Source: Deltaproteobacteria bacterium
GTDB lineage: Bacteria > JAGRBM01 > JAHCIT01
Reading direction: 5' to 3'
Assembly: GCA_026129095.1 (NCBI GenBank)
Contig: JAHCIT010000012.1
Location: forward strand, 1 to 64,000
DNA: 64,000 bases
Shown here: positions 49,535-59,297 of the stretch, piece after piece
How the letters are laid out: every line of letters starts with the position of its first letter
How positions within the stretch are numbered: position 1 is the stretch's first letter
The notes under the pieces: model-generated
Databases searched by the model: none
What the model was told of the DNA's origin: nothing
The model's input: only the letters and a program-made list of their open reading frames with translations
Position numbers and translations under genes: made by a program

Positions 49535-51253
49535 ATGGACTATGGCGCATGGGCATTTATCGGCCTGTTCGCCTTCGCGTTCGTCGGCTTCCTGCTCTAT
49601 TACCGGGAACTTTCCGAGATCAAGGAAGCCGCCCGGGTTATCGACGAGGCGGAAAACCGCGACCATGACATCCTCCAGCGGCTGACCGTTCTGGCGAGGG
49701 CGCTGCTGGGCCCCCATGTCATGCTGGTCCAGGGGAATGCCGTTTCGGTTCTGTCCGGCGACGGGCCGGTTCAGATGGCCGGCCTCCCGGTACGGGAATC
49801 CCGCGACATCCCGGAAGATCAGCGGCTCGAATGGCACCGGTTCCAGCTCGCGGTGGTTCACGCCTGGAACGAGACGGGCCGGCTTCCCCCGGATGACCTG
49901 CGCAACCGCCGGATTGACCATTATCTGCAGGAAGAACTTCCGGGCATATTCAGCTTGCGGGAGCGGCTGATGCGTTTCGAAAACAAGGAACGGCGGCTCT
50001 ATCCGGCCCTCGAGCTGATGATCGTGCCGGTGGAAGACCGGCCGGCGGTGCCCGCCGAAGCGCCGCCCCCTCCATCTGGAGATACCGGTGACGGCAAGGA
50101 ACCCGCTTCCCTTTTCAGGCGGGGCAAGCGGGTAGATCCGAAATCGCAGAAGCAGGGACTCAACCTGAACATTGGTTCCCAGTTCGAGTTCGGCACCCGG
50201 GCATACGGGACTACCCTCCGGAAGGATGAGGAGAATGAGGCGCACCCATCCGAGGCGGGCGATGCGCCCCTGTCCCCCATGGCCGATCCGGACTCAACGT
50301 CGGCAGGCAAGACCGTGGCAGCGGGCAATAGTCGCCCTGAAGCGGGCGGAAGCCTTTCGGGCAAGGTGTTCCTCTACGACGAGTGGGATGCCAGCACAAC
50401 GTCATACCGCCAGAAGTATTGTGCCGTGACGGAATCAGCAGCCGGAGTGGATGCACCTTCATCCGGTTGGGCTGAGCGGATGGCTGCCCACCGGGCCACC
50501 CAGCGGGAAATCGAGCGGATCCTGCTTTCGCTCATGCCGCTGCCCCGGAAGCTGACCCGCGAGCCCTACGGGGATGACGTCGATCTCGATGCCTATGTCC
50601 GTTCGCGCTGCGATCTCATTGCCGGACGCACCCCGGACGACCGTATCTATGAACGGAAGGTGCTGCGCGAACGCTCGGTTTCCGTTGCCCTGCTGATCGA
50701 CTGGAGCGCATCGACCGAACGGTGGGTGGGCCGGTGCAGGGCTTTTGAGCTCGGCCAGGAAAGCGCGGCGATGTTTGCCAGTGCGCTGGGCAAGCTCGGA
50801 GATCCGTTTTCGATATACGGGTTTTCGGGGCAGGGGAGGGACAACGTGCGCGTGGGGCGGCTGAAATCGTTTGGCGAGCCGTGGAGTCCCGAACTCGTCG
50901 AGCGGTTTGGAGCTGTCGGCCCGGGGCGGTTTACCCGGATCGGTGCTGCGATCCGGCATGCGGCTGCCCAGATCAGGCCCCAGCGAACCGCGCAGCGGCT
51001 GCTGCTGGTCTTTTCGGACGGGAGACCCCAGGACGACGACGGATACGACGGCGCTTATGCCGTTGCCGATGTCCGGCAGGCTGTCCGTGAAGCCCGCCGG
51101 AACGGTGTCCGGCCATTCTGTCTCGCTCTGGGCGATGAGGCCCGCAATCACCTGCCTGCCATGTTCGGCCGGGACTGGGCGGTTCATGATGATCCCGGAA
51201 CCCTGCCGGAGCGCCTGGCCAAGATTTATGTCACATTAACCTGCACTGCCTGA
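49535..51253 (+). CDS. norD: NorD-like vWA-domain activation protein
   Basis: YDEWD, G..DLDA, MIDAS DWSAST, TRIGAAIRHA and SDG.P.D.D.Y.G.YA..D. Confidence 0.85.
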   Translation: MDYGAWAFIGLFAFAFVGFLLYYRELSEIKEAARVIDEAENRDHDILQRLTVLARALLGPHVMLVQGNAVSVLSGDGPVQMAGLPVRESRDIPEDQRLEWHRFQLAVVHAWNETGRLPPDDLRNRRIDHYLQEELPGIFSLRERLMRFENKERRLYPALELMIVPVEDRPAVPAEAPPPPSGDTGDGKEPASLFRRGKRVDPKSQKQGLNLNIGSQFEFGTRAYGTTLRKDEENEAHPSEAGDAPLSPMADPDSTSAGKTVAAGNSRPEAGGSLSGKVFLYDEWDASTTSYRQKYCAVTESAAGVDAPSSGWAERMAAHRATQREIERILLSLMPLPRKLTREPYGDDVDLDAYVRSRCDLIAGRTPDDRIYERKVLRERSVSVALLIDWSASTERWVGRCRAFELGQESAAMFASALGKLGDPFSIYGFSGQGRDNVRVGRLKSFGEPWSPELVERFGAVGPGRFTRIGAAIRHAAAQIRPQRTAQRLLLVFSDGRPQDDDGYDGAYAVADVRQAVREARRNGVRPFCLALGDEARNHLPAMFGRDWAVHDDPGTLPERLAKIYVTLTCTA

Positions 51254-51277
51254 AGCTGCTGCGGAAATGGCGTTTGC

Positions 51278-51291
51278 ATGAGTAACGTCAT
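51278..51291. promoter_or_regulatory. Crp/Fnr-like palindrome ATGAG-TAAC-GTCAT upstream of nirJ
   Basis: TAGCTT (51314-51319) lies 22 nt downstream. Confidence 0.78.
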
Positions 51292-51326
51292 AATATGTCC
51301 ACGTTTGGGCAGGTAGCTTTTATCTC

Positions 51327-52511
51327 ATGCTGATGGTCAGCGAACTTCTTGAACTGGCGCGGGGAACCCCTCCGAAGATCGTTCCGCCCGGAGGTGCCGG
51401 CCAGGGGCGCTATGTGACGGGGCTGGGGCCGGTGGTCGTCTGGAATGTCTGCAAGCACTGCAACATGCATTGTCCGCACTGTTATGCGGCGGCCATCACC
51501 CGACCGGATGACCAGGATCTGGGCTTTGAGGAAGGCTGCCATCTGCTGGATGATCTCAGGACCATCGATGCGATGGCGGTTATTTTCTCGGGCGGGGAGC
51601 CGATGCTGCGGCGGGATATCCTCCCGCTCATCCGTTATGCGAAAAAGATAGGCCACCGCCCGCAGCTTTCCTCCAACGGCGTCATGATTACCCACGAAGT
51701 CGCCCGCGATCTGGCCGCGGCCGGAGTCGAGTACGTGGGAATCAGCATTGACGGCACGCAGGAGTTCAATGACCGCTACCGGGGCATGGAACAGGGTTAC
51801 GAGCGCGCATTCCGGGGCGCCGATGCCAGCCTGGCGGCCGGGATGAAGGTGGGTATACGGATGACGGTTTCCCGCCAGAACAGCGGGCAGATCCATGAAC
51901 TGCTGGATGAGGTGGTTCGCCGCCGGATACAGCGGTTCTACGTTTCCCACCTCGTTTACTCGGGCCGTGCAAGGGACGATCATTCCTATGACCTGTCGGT
52001 TACGGAAAACCGTGCTCTCGTCGAGGAACTGTTCACCCGTGCCGACCGGCTGCTCGATGAAGGTGCGGTCACGCGGGTCGTGACTGGCGGAAATGACGTG
52101 GACGGGCCGTTCCTGTATTTCTATGTGCTGAAGCGGTACGGCGAGCTGGCCGCCCGGCGGGTGCTGAAACGGCTGGAAGCCCGCGGCGGCAACTCGGCCG
52201 GCGAGAAGGTCATCAACATCGACAACCGGGGGAATGTCCACCCGGACCAGTTCTGGACCGACGCCCGGCTCGGGAATGTCCGGCACACACCGATAGCCGA
52301 AATCCTCCGGCACCCGCTTGTCGGCGAGCTCAGGTCGCGGGTCGAGCGCCTGGAGGGAAAGTGCCGGGAGTGCGCCTTCAAGGCCGCCTGCCGGGGTTCC
52401 CACCGGGAGCGGGCGCTGGCCTCCGGCGGCGGGCTCTGGAGTCCCGACCCGTCGTGCTACCTGACCGATGCCGAGATCCGCAGGGAGACCGTGTGCGAAG
52501 CAACTGCCTGA
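51327..52511 (+). CDS. nirJ: Heme d1 biosynthesis radical SAM protein
   Basis: GPVVVWN...CNMHCPHCY, SGGEP, YVGISIDG, FY.SHLVYSGR, GN..DG and NIDN.G.VHPD.FW. Directly upstream of nirF. Confidence 0.8.
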   Translation: MLMVSELLELARGTPPKIVPPGGAGQGRYVTGLGPVVVWNVCKHCNMHCPHCYAAAITRPDDQDLGFEEGCHLLDDLRTIDAMAVIFSGGEPMLRRDILPLIRYAKKIGHRPQLSSNGVMITHEVARDLAAAGVEYVGISIDGTQEFNDRYRGMEQGYERAFRGADASLAAGMKVGIRMTVSRQNSGQIHELLDEVVRRRIQRFYVSHLVYSGRARDDHSYDLSVTENRALVEELFTRADRLLDEGAVTRVVTGGNDVDGPFLYFYVLKRYGELAARRVLKRLEARGGNSAGEKVINIDNRGNVHPDQFWTDARLGNVRHTPIAEILRHPLVGELRSRVERLEGKCRECAFKAACRGSHRERALASGGGLWSPDPSCYLTDAEIRRETVCEATA

Positions 52512-53686
52512 TTGTCCTTCTGCTGACGATCGCCATCTCTGCCTGTGCTCCAGTCGCCAGCGGAAGCGGCGTGGGCGGCCGCCTGTTCATCGTCCAGCGC
52601 GAGACCGAAAGCCTCTCGGTGTATGACAGCGTGAACCGCAAGATACTTCCGGTAAAAGTGTCGGGTCTTGGCAACATGCGCCATGCGACGATGGTCTTTT
52701 CCCGTGATCTCCGGTGGGGCTACGTGGCGACCCGTAACGGCCTTTTGTCCCGAATTGACCTGAACACCCTTGAGGCTGACGTGCAGATCCAGACGTCGGA
52801 CAACTCGATCGGGCTGGCGATATCGCAGGACGGCCGCTTTGTCGCAGTCGCCGAGTACAAGCCCGGCGGCATCACCATCGTGGCGGCCGACACGATGGAG
52901 GTCGTGGCCCGGATTCCCGCCCTGACCGTGGTGGACGGGCAGGAAGTCCGGTCCCGCGTGACCGGTCTAGGCGATACGGACGGAAACCGGTTCGTGTGCG
53001 GCCTCATGGACGGCAACGAGATATGGATGATTGATGCCTCGCGGCCGGATTTCCCGGTCGAGAAAAAATGGAAGACGCCGGCTCCCAACCCTTTTGATGC
53101 GTTCCAGACTTCCGAGGGACGGTTCTATGTCGCGGGACATTTCGAAAGCGACAAGCTGACACTGATGGACCTCTGGTACCCGGATGCCGAGCCACGGGAG
53201 ATCACCATCCGTGACATGGCGAGCGAGGTGGAGCGAAGCCGCCCCATCAAGATGCCGCACATGGCGATGTGGGCCGCATCCGGGGACGAGGCCTACATTC
53301 CGGTGGTCGGTGAAAAGCGGCTTGCCGTGCTGGACCGCAAGACCTGGCAGTACCGGAAATCGATCCCGCTGCGGGGAAATCCGGTCTATGCGGCGATGTC
53401 GCCAGCCGGGCGGGAGATCTGGGTGACGTTCTCGGGCTCCGAGGACGACCGGTTTATCGAGATCATCGATGTCGAGACCGGAGCCGTGCGTGGCCAGATA
53501 GAGGCGGGAAGAAAGATTTTCCATCTGGCATTCAGCCCGCGGGGCGACGAAATGTATGTCAGTGCCAACCAGGACAACCGGTTCATTGTGATTGATACGC
53601 GCACGCGCCAGATTACCGGTGAATATGAAATCCCCTCTCCGTCGGGAATCTTCGGCCCCTGGCGCGCTTTCCAGATCGGATTCTGA
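52493..53686 (+). CDS. nirF: Heme d1 maturation beta-propeller lipoprotein
   Basis: Lipobox ISAC, GLG...HAT.VFSRD, NSIG.AISQDGR, SR..GL.D, KMPH...W and PSGIF...RA..IG. Confidence 0.85.
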   Translation: MRSNCLIVLLLTIAISACAPVASGSGVGGRLFIVQRETESLSVYDSVNRKILPVKVSGLGNMRHATMVFSRDLRWGYVATRNGLLSRIDLNTLEADVQIQTSDNSIGLAISQDGRFVAVAEYKPGGITIVAADTMEVVARIPALTVVDGQEVRSRVTGLGDTDGNRFVCGLMDGNEIWMIDASRPDFPVEKKWKTPAPNPFDAFQTSEGRFYVAGHFESDKLTLMDLWYPDAEPREITIRDMASEVERSRPIKMPHMAMWAASGDEAYIPVVGEKRLAVLDRKTWQYRKSIPLRGNPVYAAMSPAGREIWVTFSGSEDDRFIEIIDVETGAVRGQIEAGRKIFHLAFSPRGDEMYVSANQDNRFIVIDTRTRQITGEYEIPSPSGIFGPWRAFQIGF

Positions 53687-53693
53687 GCGCACG

Positions 53694-54086
53694 ATGGACC
53701 GGCCGTATTTCCTGCTGGTGGCCGCCGCCGTTTTCACCGTATACAGCTGCGCACCCGCCCCCAGGGTCAGGCCGCCAGTGGCGGAACCGGGCCCCAGTGA
53801 CAGCCTGCTCGCCGAACTTGGGCGCCGCACGTTCAGGGAAAAGGGCTGCATGGAATGCCATATCCGCGAGGGAGAGGGCGGGAAAAGCGGACCGAATCTG
53901 GACAAACTCGCAGGCGTGGCAGACCCGACCTACGTTCGTGAATCCATCCTCGATCCGGACGCCATTATTACGCCCGGATACGAGGCAGGACTCATGCCCC
54001 CCGGCTATGGCGCGATGCTTACGGAAGCGGAGATCGACGCGCTCCAGTATTACCTGTCGAACCGCTTCAGCCCCGCTGCAAAATGA
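53694..54086 (+). CDS. Lipoprotein monoheme cytochrome c (occupies the NirC/NirM-like position)
   Basis: Lipobox-like YSC, CMECH, GPNL and ESILDP...GY...MP. Confidence 0.8.
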   Translation: MDRPYFLLVAAAVFTVYSCAPAPRVRPPVAEPGPSDSLLAELGRRTFREKGCMECHIREGEGGKSGPNLDKLAGVADPTYVRESILDPDAIITPGYEAGLMPPGYGAMLTEAEIDALQYYLSNRFSPAAK

Positions 54087-54113
54087 ACCCGGCGGGATTT
54101 ACCTGACGGATAT

Positions 54114-54127
54114 ATGACCAGTCTCAT
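54114..54127. promoter_or_regulatory. Crp/Fnr-like palindrome ATGAC-CAGT-CTCAT upstream of nirS
   Basis: TAGCGT (54150-54155) lies 22 nt downstream. Confidence 0.8.
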
Positions 54128-54208
54128 AAGCCGAAACCGGGCAAGCAGTTAGCGTAAGCACAAGGAAAGGACTTCCGGTAACCGGGAGCATGATTAGGGG
54201 TAAGCGCC

Positions 54209-55885
54209 ATGAATAAACGAATTGCGTCGGGATATCAGCCTCTCAAATGGGTACTCACTCTGGCCCTGTCCGTTTCGGCCTACTTCGGCCTCACGGCGGT
54301 CGCGCAGAAACCGGCTCCCGGCACACCGGTAGTCCAGGTGGCGCCAACAATCACGCCGGAGGAGTTCGAGGCTGCCAAGTCCATCTATTTCGACCGGTGC
54401 GCGGGCTGCCATGGCACGTTGCGGACCGGTGCCACCGGACCTGAAATCCTTCCTGCGAAGACGATCAAGATGGGCACCAGCCGGCTGCGGGACATCCTCC
54501 AGTACGGCATGCCCGGCGGAATGCCGGCGTGGGGCGAGGACGGCATCCTGACCGAGAAGGAAATCGACATGGTTGCCCGGTATATCCAGCAGGAGCCTCC
54601 GCAGCCGCCGGAGATGTCGCTGGCTCAGATCAAGGAAAGCTGGAAGACCTACGTTCCGGTCGATCAGCGTCCCGGCAAGCCCACCCACAAGCGCAACTGG
54701 GAGAACTACTTCGGAATCATCCTCCGGGACGAGGGCAAGGTGGCGATCATTGACGGCGATACCAAGGAAATGATCAGCACGATCAAGACCGGATACGCCG
54801 TGCATATCCTCCGGAGCAGCATGTCCGGCCGGTACTTCTACGTCGTTGGCCGTGACGGACGTATCTCGCTGATTGACCTCTGGACCACCGAGCCATCGCT
54901 GGTGGCGGAGGTGAAGCCGTGCATCGATGCCCGGTCAGTCGATTCCAGCAAGTTCAAGGGGAAGAAGCCCGAGCTGAACTTCTCCGACACCTTGGCGATT
55001 GTCGGCTGTTACTGGCCGCCACACTACGCCATTGTCGACGGACTCACGCTGGAGCCGAAGAAGCTGGTCCGGACATCAGGCTACACATACGATACGAACG
55101 AATACCTGCCGGAAGTCCGCGTGGCGTCCATCATCGCCTCCCACTATGACCCGCTCTGGGTCGTGAGCCTGAAGGAATCAGGATATGTCGCGCTGGTGGA
55201 CTACTCCGACCTGACGAATCTCAAGATCACCAACATTGAGGCGGAACGCTTCCTCCATGACGGCGGATGGGACGCCACGAAACGTTACTTCCTGGTGGCC
55301 GCCAACATGCGGAACACCGTGTCGGTTATCGATGTCAAGGAAAAGAAGTTCGTCACCAACATCGTGACGGGCAACAAGCCGCATCCCGGGCGCGGTGCCA
55401 ACTGGGTGGACCCGGAATACGGGCCGGTCTGGGCAACAACCCATATCGGCGAGGGGCGGATGAGCCTCATCGGAACCGATCCGGAGAGCCGCAAGTACAA
55501 GAAGAACGCCTGGAAGGTTGTCCGTGACATCGAGCTGAAGGGCCGCGCCGGCGGGCTGTTCATCAAGACCCATGACAAGTCCCCCTGGGTGTGGACAGAC
55601 GCGCCTCTGAACTCCGACGCCGAAAAGGCGCAGACGATCTGCGTTCTCAGCAAGAAGACGGCGGCAATTGAAAAGTGCTTCCGGGCGACTGACCGGGGCC
55701 GTATCGTCCACTTCGAATACAACAAGGCCGGTGACGAGGTGTGGGTGTCGGTGTGGGACAAGGAAGGCGAGATCCTGGTCTATGACGACAAGACCATGAC
55801 CCTGAAGAAGAGCATCAAGGGTGACTGGCTGATCACCCCGACCGGCAAGTTCAACGTGTATAACACGAAGAACGACGTCTACTGA
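54209..55885 (+). CDS. nirS: Cytochrome cd1 nitrite reductase
   Basis: Signal peptide, YFDRCAGCHG.LR.GATG, TGYAVH, FLHDGG, PHPGRGAN, LFIKTH and TPTGKFNVYNT..DVY. Confidence 0.97.
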   Translation: MNKRIASGYQPLKWVLTLALSVSAYFGLTAVAQKPAPGTPVVQVAPTITPEEFEAAKSIYFDRCAGCHGTLRTGATGPEILPAKTIKMGTSRLRDILQYGMPGGMPAWGEDGILTEKEIDMVARYIQQEPPQPPEMSLAQIKESWKTYVPVDQRPGKPTHKRNWENYFGIILRDEGKVAIIDGDTKEMISTIKTGYAVHILRSSMSGRYFYVVGRDGRISLIDLWTTEPSLVAEVKPCIDARSVDSSKFKGKKPELNFSDTLAIVGCYWPPHYAIVDGLTLEPKKLVRTSGYTYDTNEYLPEVRVASIIASHYDPLWVVSLKESGYVALVDYSDLTNLKITNIEAERFLHDGGWDATKRYFLVAANMRNTVSVIDVKEKKFVTNIVTGNKPHPGRGANWVDPEYGPVWATTHIGEGRMSLIGTDPESRKYKKNAWKVVRDIELKGRAGGLFIKTHDKSPWVWTDAPLNSDAEKAQTICVLSKKTAAIEKCFRATDRGRIVHFEYNKAGDEVWVSVWDKEGEILVYDDKTMTLKKSIKGDWLITPTGKFNVYNTKNDVY

Positions 55886-55921
55886 TAAGTGTGGCGGGCG
55901 GGCAGCCCCGCCTCTCTTGCC

Positions 55922-55962
55922 GCTCCGCCTGGGCCTCCTGAGGGCCCGGGCGGAGCCCTTTT
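55922..55962 (+). terminator. Probable intrinsic terminator after nirS
   Basis: GC-rich stem GCTCCGCCTGGGCC / GGCCCGGGCGGAGC followed by CCTTTT. Confidence 0.6.
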
Positions 55963-55968
55963 GAGAGT

Positions 55969-55982
55969 ATGAAATCGGTCAT
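55969..55982. promoter_or_regulatory. Crp/Fnr-like palindrome ATGAA-ATCG-GTCAT upstream of the YwiC-like gene
   Basis: CAGACT lies 22 nt downstream. Confidence 0.7.
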
Positions 55983-56029
55983 ATTGCCCGGTTCCGGCCG
56001 GTGCCAGACTGGGGCTGTGGAGGCCCCGT

Positions 56030-56806
56030 ATGCGTTTGAAGGCACATGAACTGTTCCCACGCGAGCATGGGTTCTATGTGATGGCGATCCTGCCTGCGGC
56101 GGCGGGGGTTGCGCTCAACTGGGAGCACGCGGCTTCGGCAGCCATGGCCGGGCTTTCGTGGGTACTGCTCGTGCTCTCCAGCACGGGGGTCAAGACTTGG
56201 ATAGTCCATCCGTCGCGGCGTCCCTATGTGACGGCTCCTGTCGTGCTTGCGGTGCTGATCGCACTGGCGGGATTTGTGCTGTCAGGTGTCCCGGCCGGGC
56301 TCATGGTTGCCTGCGGCATGGGGCTGGGTTCGCTGGCCATCCATTTCCTGATGTCGCCGCCGAAGGAACGGCGCTCCGTTCAGTTTGAGTCGGTGGCGGC
56401 CTTTGTTCTCGGCTTCGGGATGCTGGTTTCCGGCTCGGCCGGGTACAAACTGATACCCCTTCCGATCGCACAGGCGGCACTCGTCTATACACTTGTCCAG
56501 GTGGCCGCCACGGTGCATGTCCGCCTCTGGATCGAAGCGCTTGGAGCCCATGACGAGGACCGGCGGGCGAGATTCCGCAACATAAGCCTGCTGGTTCACA
56601 CCGGGCTGATCGGTCTGGTGGGTGTCTTCTGCTTTCTGGGCTGGCTGCCTATCTATTCGCTGCTGCCGGGAGTGGGAGAAGGGCTTGTCGTCATCGCCAC
56701 ACTTTCCCGGTTCGGCCGCAAGGTATCATTTCCGAAGCTGGGCATCGCGCAGACGGCGGGGCTGGTCGTGGCTGCGGTGGGGCTGGCAATCCAGTTCCAG
56801 CCATAG
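56030..56806 (+). CDS. YwiC-like membrane protein
   Basis: N-terminal PREHG motif, about 8 TM helices and C-terminal K.G. Confidence 0.7.
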   Translation: MRLKAHELFPREHGFYVMAILPAAAGVALNWEHAASAAMAGLSWVLLVLSSTGVKTWIVHPSRRPYVTAPVVLAVLIALAGFVLSGVPAGLMVACGMGLGSLAIHFLMSPPKERRSVQFESVAAFVLGFGMLVSGSAGYKLIPLPIAQAALVYTLVQVAATVHVRLWIEALGAHDEDRRARFRNISLLVHTGLIGLVGVFCFLGWLPIYSLLPGVGEGLVVIATLSRFGRKVSFPKLGIAQTAGLVVAAVGLAIQFQP

Positions 56807-56849
56807 TCCTGAGCCACTGGACCCTCCCCGGATGGGTCAGGCGTAATAG

Positions 56850-57722
56850 TTAGATATCACCCGCAAATGCAGCCAGAACGGCGAACACGAGCCCCGTGGT
56901 ATGTTCCGGCAGCATAAGCCTCTGAGTAATGACCGGCTCATCGAATGCCCAGGTGCCATCCGGGCGCTGGGATCTGGCCAGGCGGTTTGCGAACTCCGCG
57001 GGGATGAGGTGCTTCTGTCCGGTCAGGATCAGCGTCAGCGCCCGCTCGGCCTGCAGGTCGGAGAGAATGTCGAGGTTCACGATAAACTCGTCATGGATAC
57101 GCCGGGTATAGGCTCCCAGTTCCATGTCGGAATCCGTCGAAAAGCATTTCCGGAAACGGGCGATCAGCAGGCCGATTGCCTGGTGCGTCAGCACGTAGCC
57201 CTGATCCGGCAATCCGACCAGATTCCGCCCTTTCCGGGGTTTCCCGTCCTTTCCCAAAGGCTCACAAGTAATGGCATCGGACATGATCTGCATGACCCTT
57301 TTGCCCATCTGGTGATACGCACGGTCAAAATCCTGGCTCCAGCGCATGTTGTCGCGAGCTGCCTTGGCGGGAATTCCTGCAGATGCGGAGGTCCCGTGAC
57401 TGGATGCGCGGGGTTGCGGTGACTGGGGCAATGCGATGGCTTCGTGCCGTATGGTCCAGAGGTAATACTCCAGCGATACCGGGTAGATGTCTTTTTTTGC
57501 CTCGACGTAGCCGGGAAGCCGGATATCCACGCGGTGTCCTGACCACTTCTCGACCTGGCCGAGCAGGAAAGCGACATCACCGTGGACTTCCTGGCCTTTC
57601 AGCGCCGCCTCCACCCTGGCGAGGGCCATTTCGAGCTTCTTCTTGTCCAGGACGGCGGGCTGCTGTGCCCCGCAGACGACGGGCCAGACTATCAGCAACG
57701 ACAGTGCAATTTTTCTCATCAT
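56850..57722 (-). CDS. Hypothetical exported protein
   Basis: Signal peptide, then GYVLTHQ, DLQAE, Q.PDG.W and HTT motifs. No confident family. Confidence 0.6.
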   Translation of the reverse strand: MMRKIALSLLIVWPVVCGAQQPAVLDKKKLEMALARVEAALKGQEVHGDVAFLLGQVEKWSGHRVDIRLPGYVEAKKDIYPVSLEYYLWTIRHEAIALPQSPQPRASSHGTSASAGIPAKAARDNMRWSQDFDRAYHQMGKRVMQIMSDAITCEPLGKDGKPRKGRNLVGLPDQGYVLTHQAIGLLIARFRKCFSTDSDMELGAYTRRIHDEFIVNLDILSDLQAERALTLILTGQKHLIPAEFANRLARSQRPDGTWAFDEPVITQRLMLPEHTTGLVFAVLAAFAGDI

Positions 57723-57773
57723 GCTGTCTCAAGCCTGCCACCGCCGGGCAGCGCTAGTTGTGATTTTATTCTA

Positions 57774-59039
57774 TCACATGGTGCACAGATGCGCCGGTGG
57801 CTCGCGCCAGTTGCCCGCATCCCGCAGGGAGGACATCTGGCCGGTTGAAATCCCGCACTCCTCAAGCGTGAGGTAACAGGCGGGGTCCGGAGCCCACGGT
57901 GTTCCATAGACCCGCTGCGCCCGCACCCGCAGGCCGGCACCACACATTGGATACCACTTGCAGACCGAGCATTTCCCCCCGATCCGTCCCGGCTGGTCAC
58001 GGAGCCCCGCGAGCAGAGGGTCACTGAGGTCGGTCCAGATGCTGCTGAACTTCCGCTCCTTCACGTTCCCGAAGGTGTGGTCCATCCAGAACTGGTCGGC
58101 GTGGACATTGCCCAGAAAGTCGATGTCGGCGATGCCGACCCCCGACGAGTAGCGGCCGCCCCCGTTCCAGGTGAGCCGCTCGGCGATCTGGGCGGCCCGT
58201 TCCGGATCCCGCTGCTGTATTTTCTGCAGGAGGTAGACGCCGTCAACATGGTTATCGACGGTCAGAAGATCGATCATCGTGCCGGCCCGGTGCAGTTCGT
58301 CGGCCTTTTCGACCAACCGGTCGATTGCCTGCCGCGTCTCGGCATGGGTGAGATCGTCGGAGCGCATCCCGTCACCACGCCCGGAGTAGACCAGATGATA
58401 GAAACAGGCACGTTGAATCCCTTCGGCGCGAATGAAGTCGAATATGCCGTCCAGCTGGGCCACGTTGTGCCGGGTCAGAGTGAGCCGCAGTCCGACCCGC
58501 TGGCCGACCTTGAGGCAGTTCCGTATGCCGCTGGCGGCGGCCTCGAATGCCCCCTCCTTCCCGCGGAAATGGTCGTTCACCGCCCCAATTCCGTCCAGGG
58601 AAATACCCACGTAGGTAAACCCCGAGTCCTTGAGCCGCTGGGCGGTTTCCAGGTCGATGAGTGTGCCGTTCGTGGAGAGTGTCAGGCGCAGCCCTTTGCT
58701 TCGGGCATAGGGGACGATCTCCCAGAAGTCGTAGCGGGTCAGGGGCTCGCCGCCGGAGAGGAGCAGGGCGGGGATGCCGAAATCCGCCAGATCGTCGATG
58801 AGCGCCTTGGCCTGTCCGGTATCCAGTTCGCCCGGGTACCGCCGGGCCTCGGAGCTTGAATAGCAGTGGACGCACCGGAGGTTGCAGGTCCGGGTCAGGT
58901 TCCAGACAACCACCGGTTTCCGGCCGGCAGCGGAGCGCGGTGCCCGGCCGTCATCGGATGCCTCACCAGCCCTGGTTCCATACCGGATGGAGTCACCCGG
59001 CGTATCAATGTCATAGAGCAGCTTGGTTATGTTGATCAT
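57774..59039 (-). CDS. ahbC: Radical SAM/SPASM protein, AhbC-like (Fe-coproporphyrin synthase / NirJ1)
   Basis: MINITKL..., D.IRYG, KPVVVWN.TR.CNLRCVHCY, R.CFYHLVYSGRG, LTVDNH.DG, SSGVGI, VHADQFW and PDPACYL. Confidence 0.75.
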   Translation of the reverse strand: MINITKLLYDIDTPGDSIRYGTRAGEASDDGRAPRSAAGRKPVVVWNLTRTCNLRCVHCYSSSEARRYPGELDTGQAKALIDDLADFGIPALLLSGGEPLTRYDFWEIVPYARSKGLRLTLSTNGTLIDLETAQRLKDSGFTYVGISLDGIGAVNDHFRGKEGAFEAAASGIRNCLKVGQRVGLRLTLTRHNVAQLDGIFDFIRAEGIQRACFYHLVYSGRGDGMRSDDLTHAETRQAIDRLVEKADELHRAGTMIDLLTVDNHVDGVYLLQKIQQRDPERAAQIAERLTWNGGGRYSSGVGIADIDFLGNVHADQFWMDHTFGNVKERKFSSIWTDLSDPLLAGLRDQPGRIGGKCSVCKWYPMCGAGLRVRAQRVYGTPWAPDPACYLTLEECGISTGQMSSLRDAGNWREPPAHLCTM

Positions 59040-59101
59040 GGATTTGTACGCCCTCCTGAGCGGGCTAATCCCAGTATCGTTTCGATTCCGGCAGGGCCGG
59101 T

Positions 59102-59115
59102 ATGATACCCGTCAG
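59102..59115. promoter_or_regulatory. Crp/Fnr-like site ATGAT-ACCC-GTCAG upstream of the ahbC-like gene
   Basis: GATACT (59073-59078, minus strand) lies 23 nt downstream. Confidence 0.6.
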
Positions 59116-59297
59116 GTACGGCGACCTTTTGTATCCATGATGACGGTGCCCTCCGGCTCACCGGAACCGGGAAACTGTAATTTGTTTGTATGATCGTCTT
59201 CGCGCGGCGGTTTCCACTTGTGTCTACCGGTGAACTGTTGGAAAGAGACTCCGGGCATTTAGGGGAAACAGGAAACAGTCAGCCAGTGGAGGCACAA

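Noticed and set aside
57759-57778. TGTGA-N10-TCACA as a CRP site
   Set aside because: The spacer is 10 nt instead of 6, and the site overlaps the end of the ahbC-like gene.
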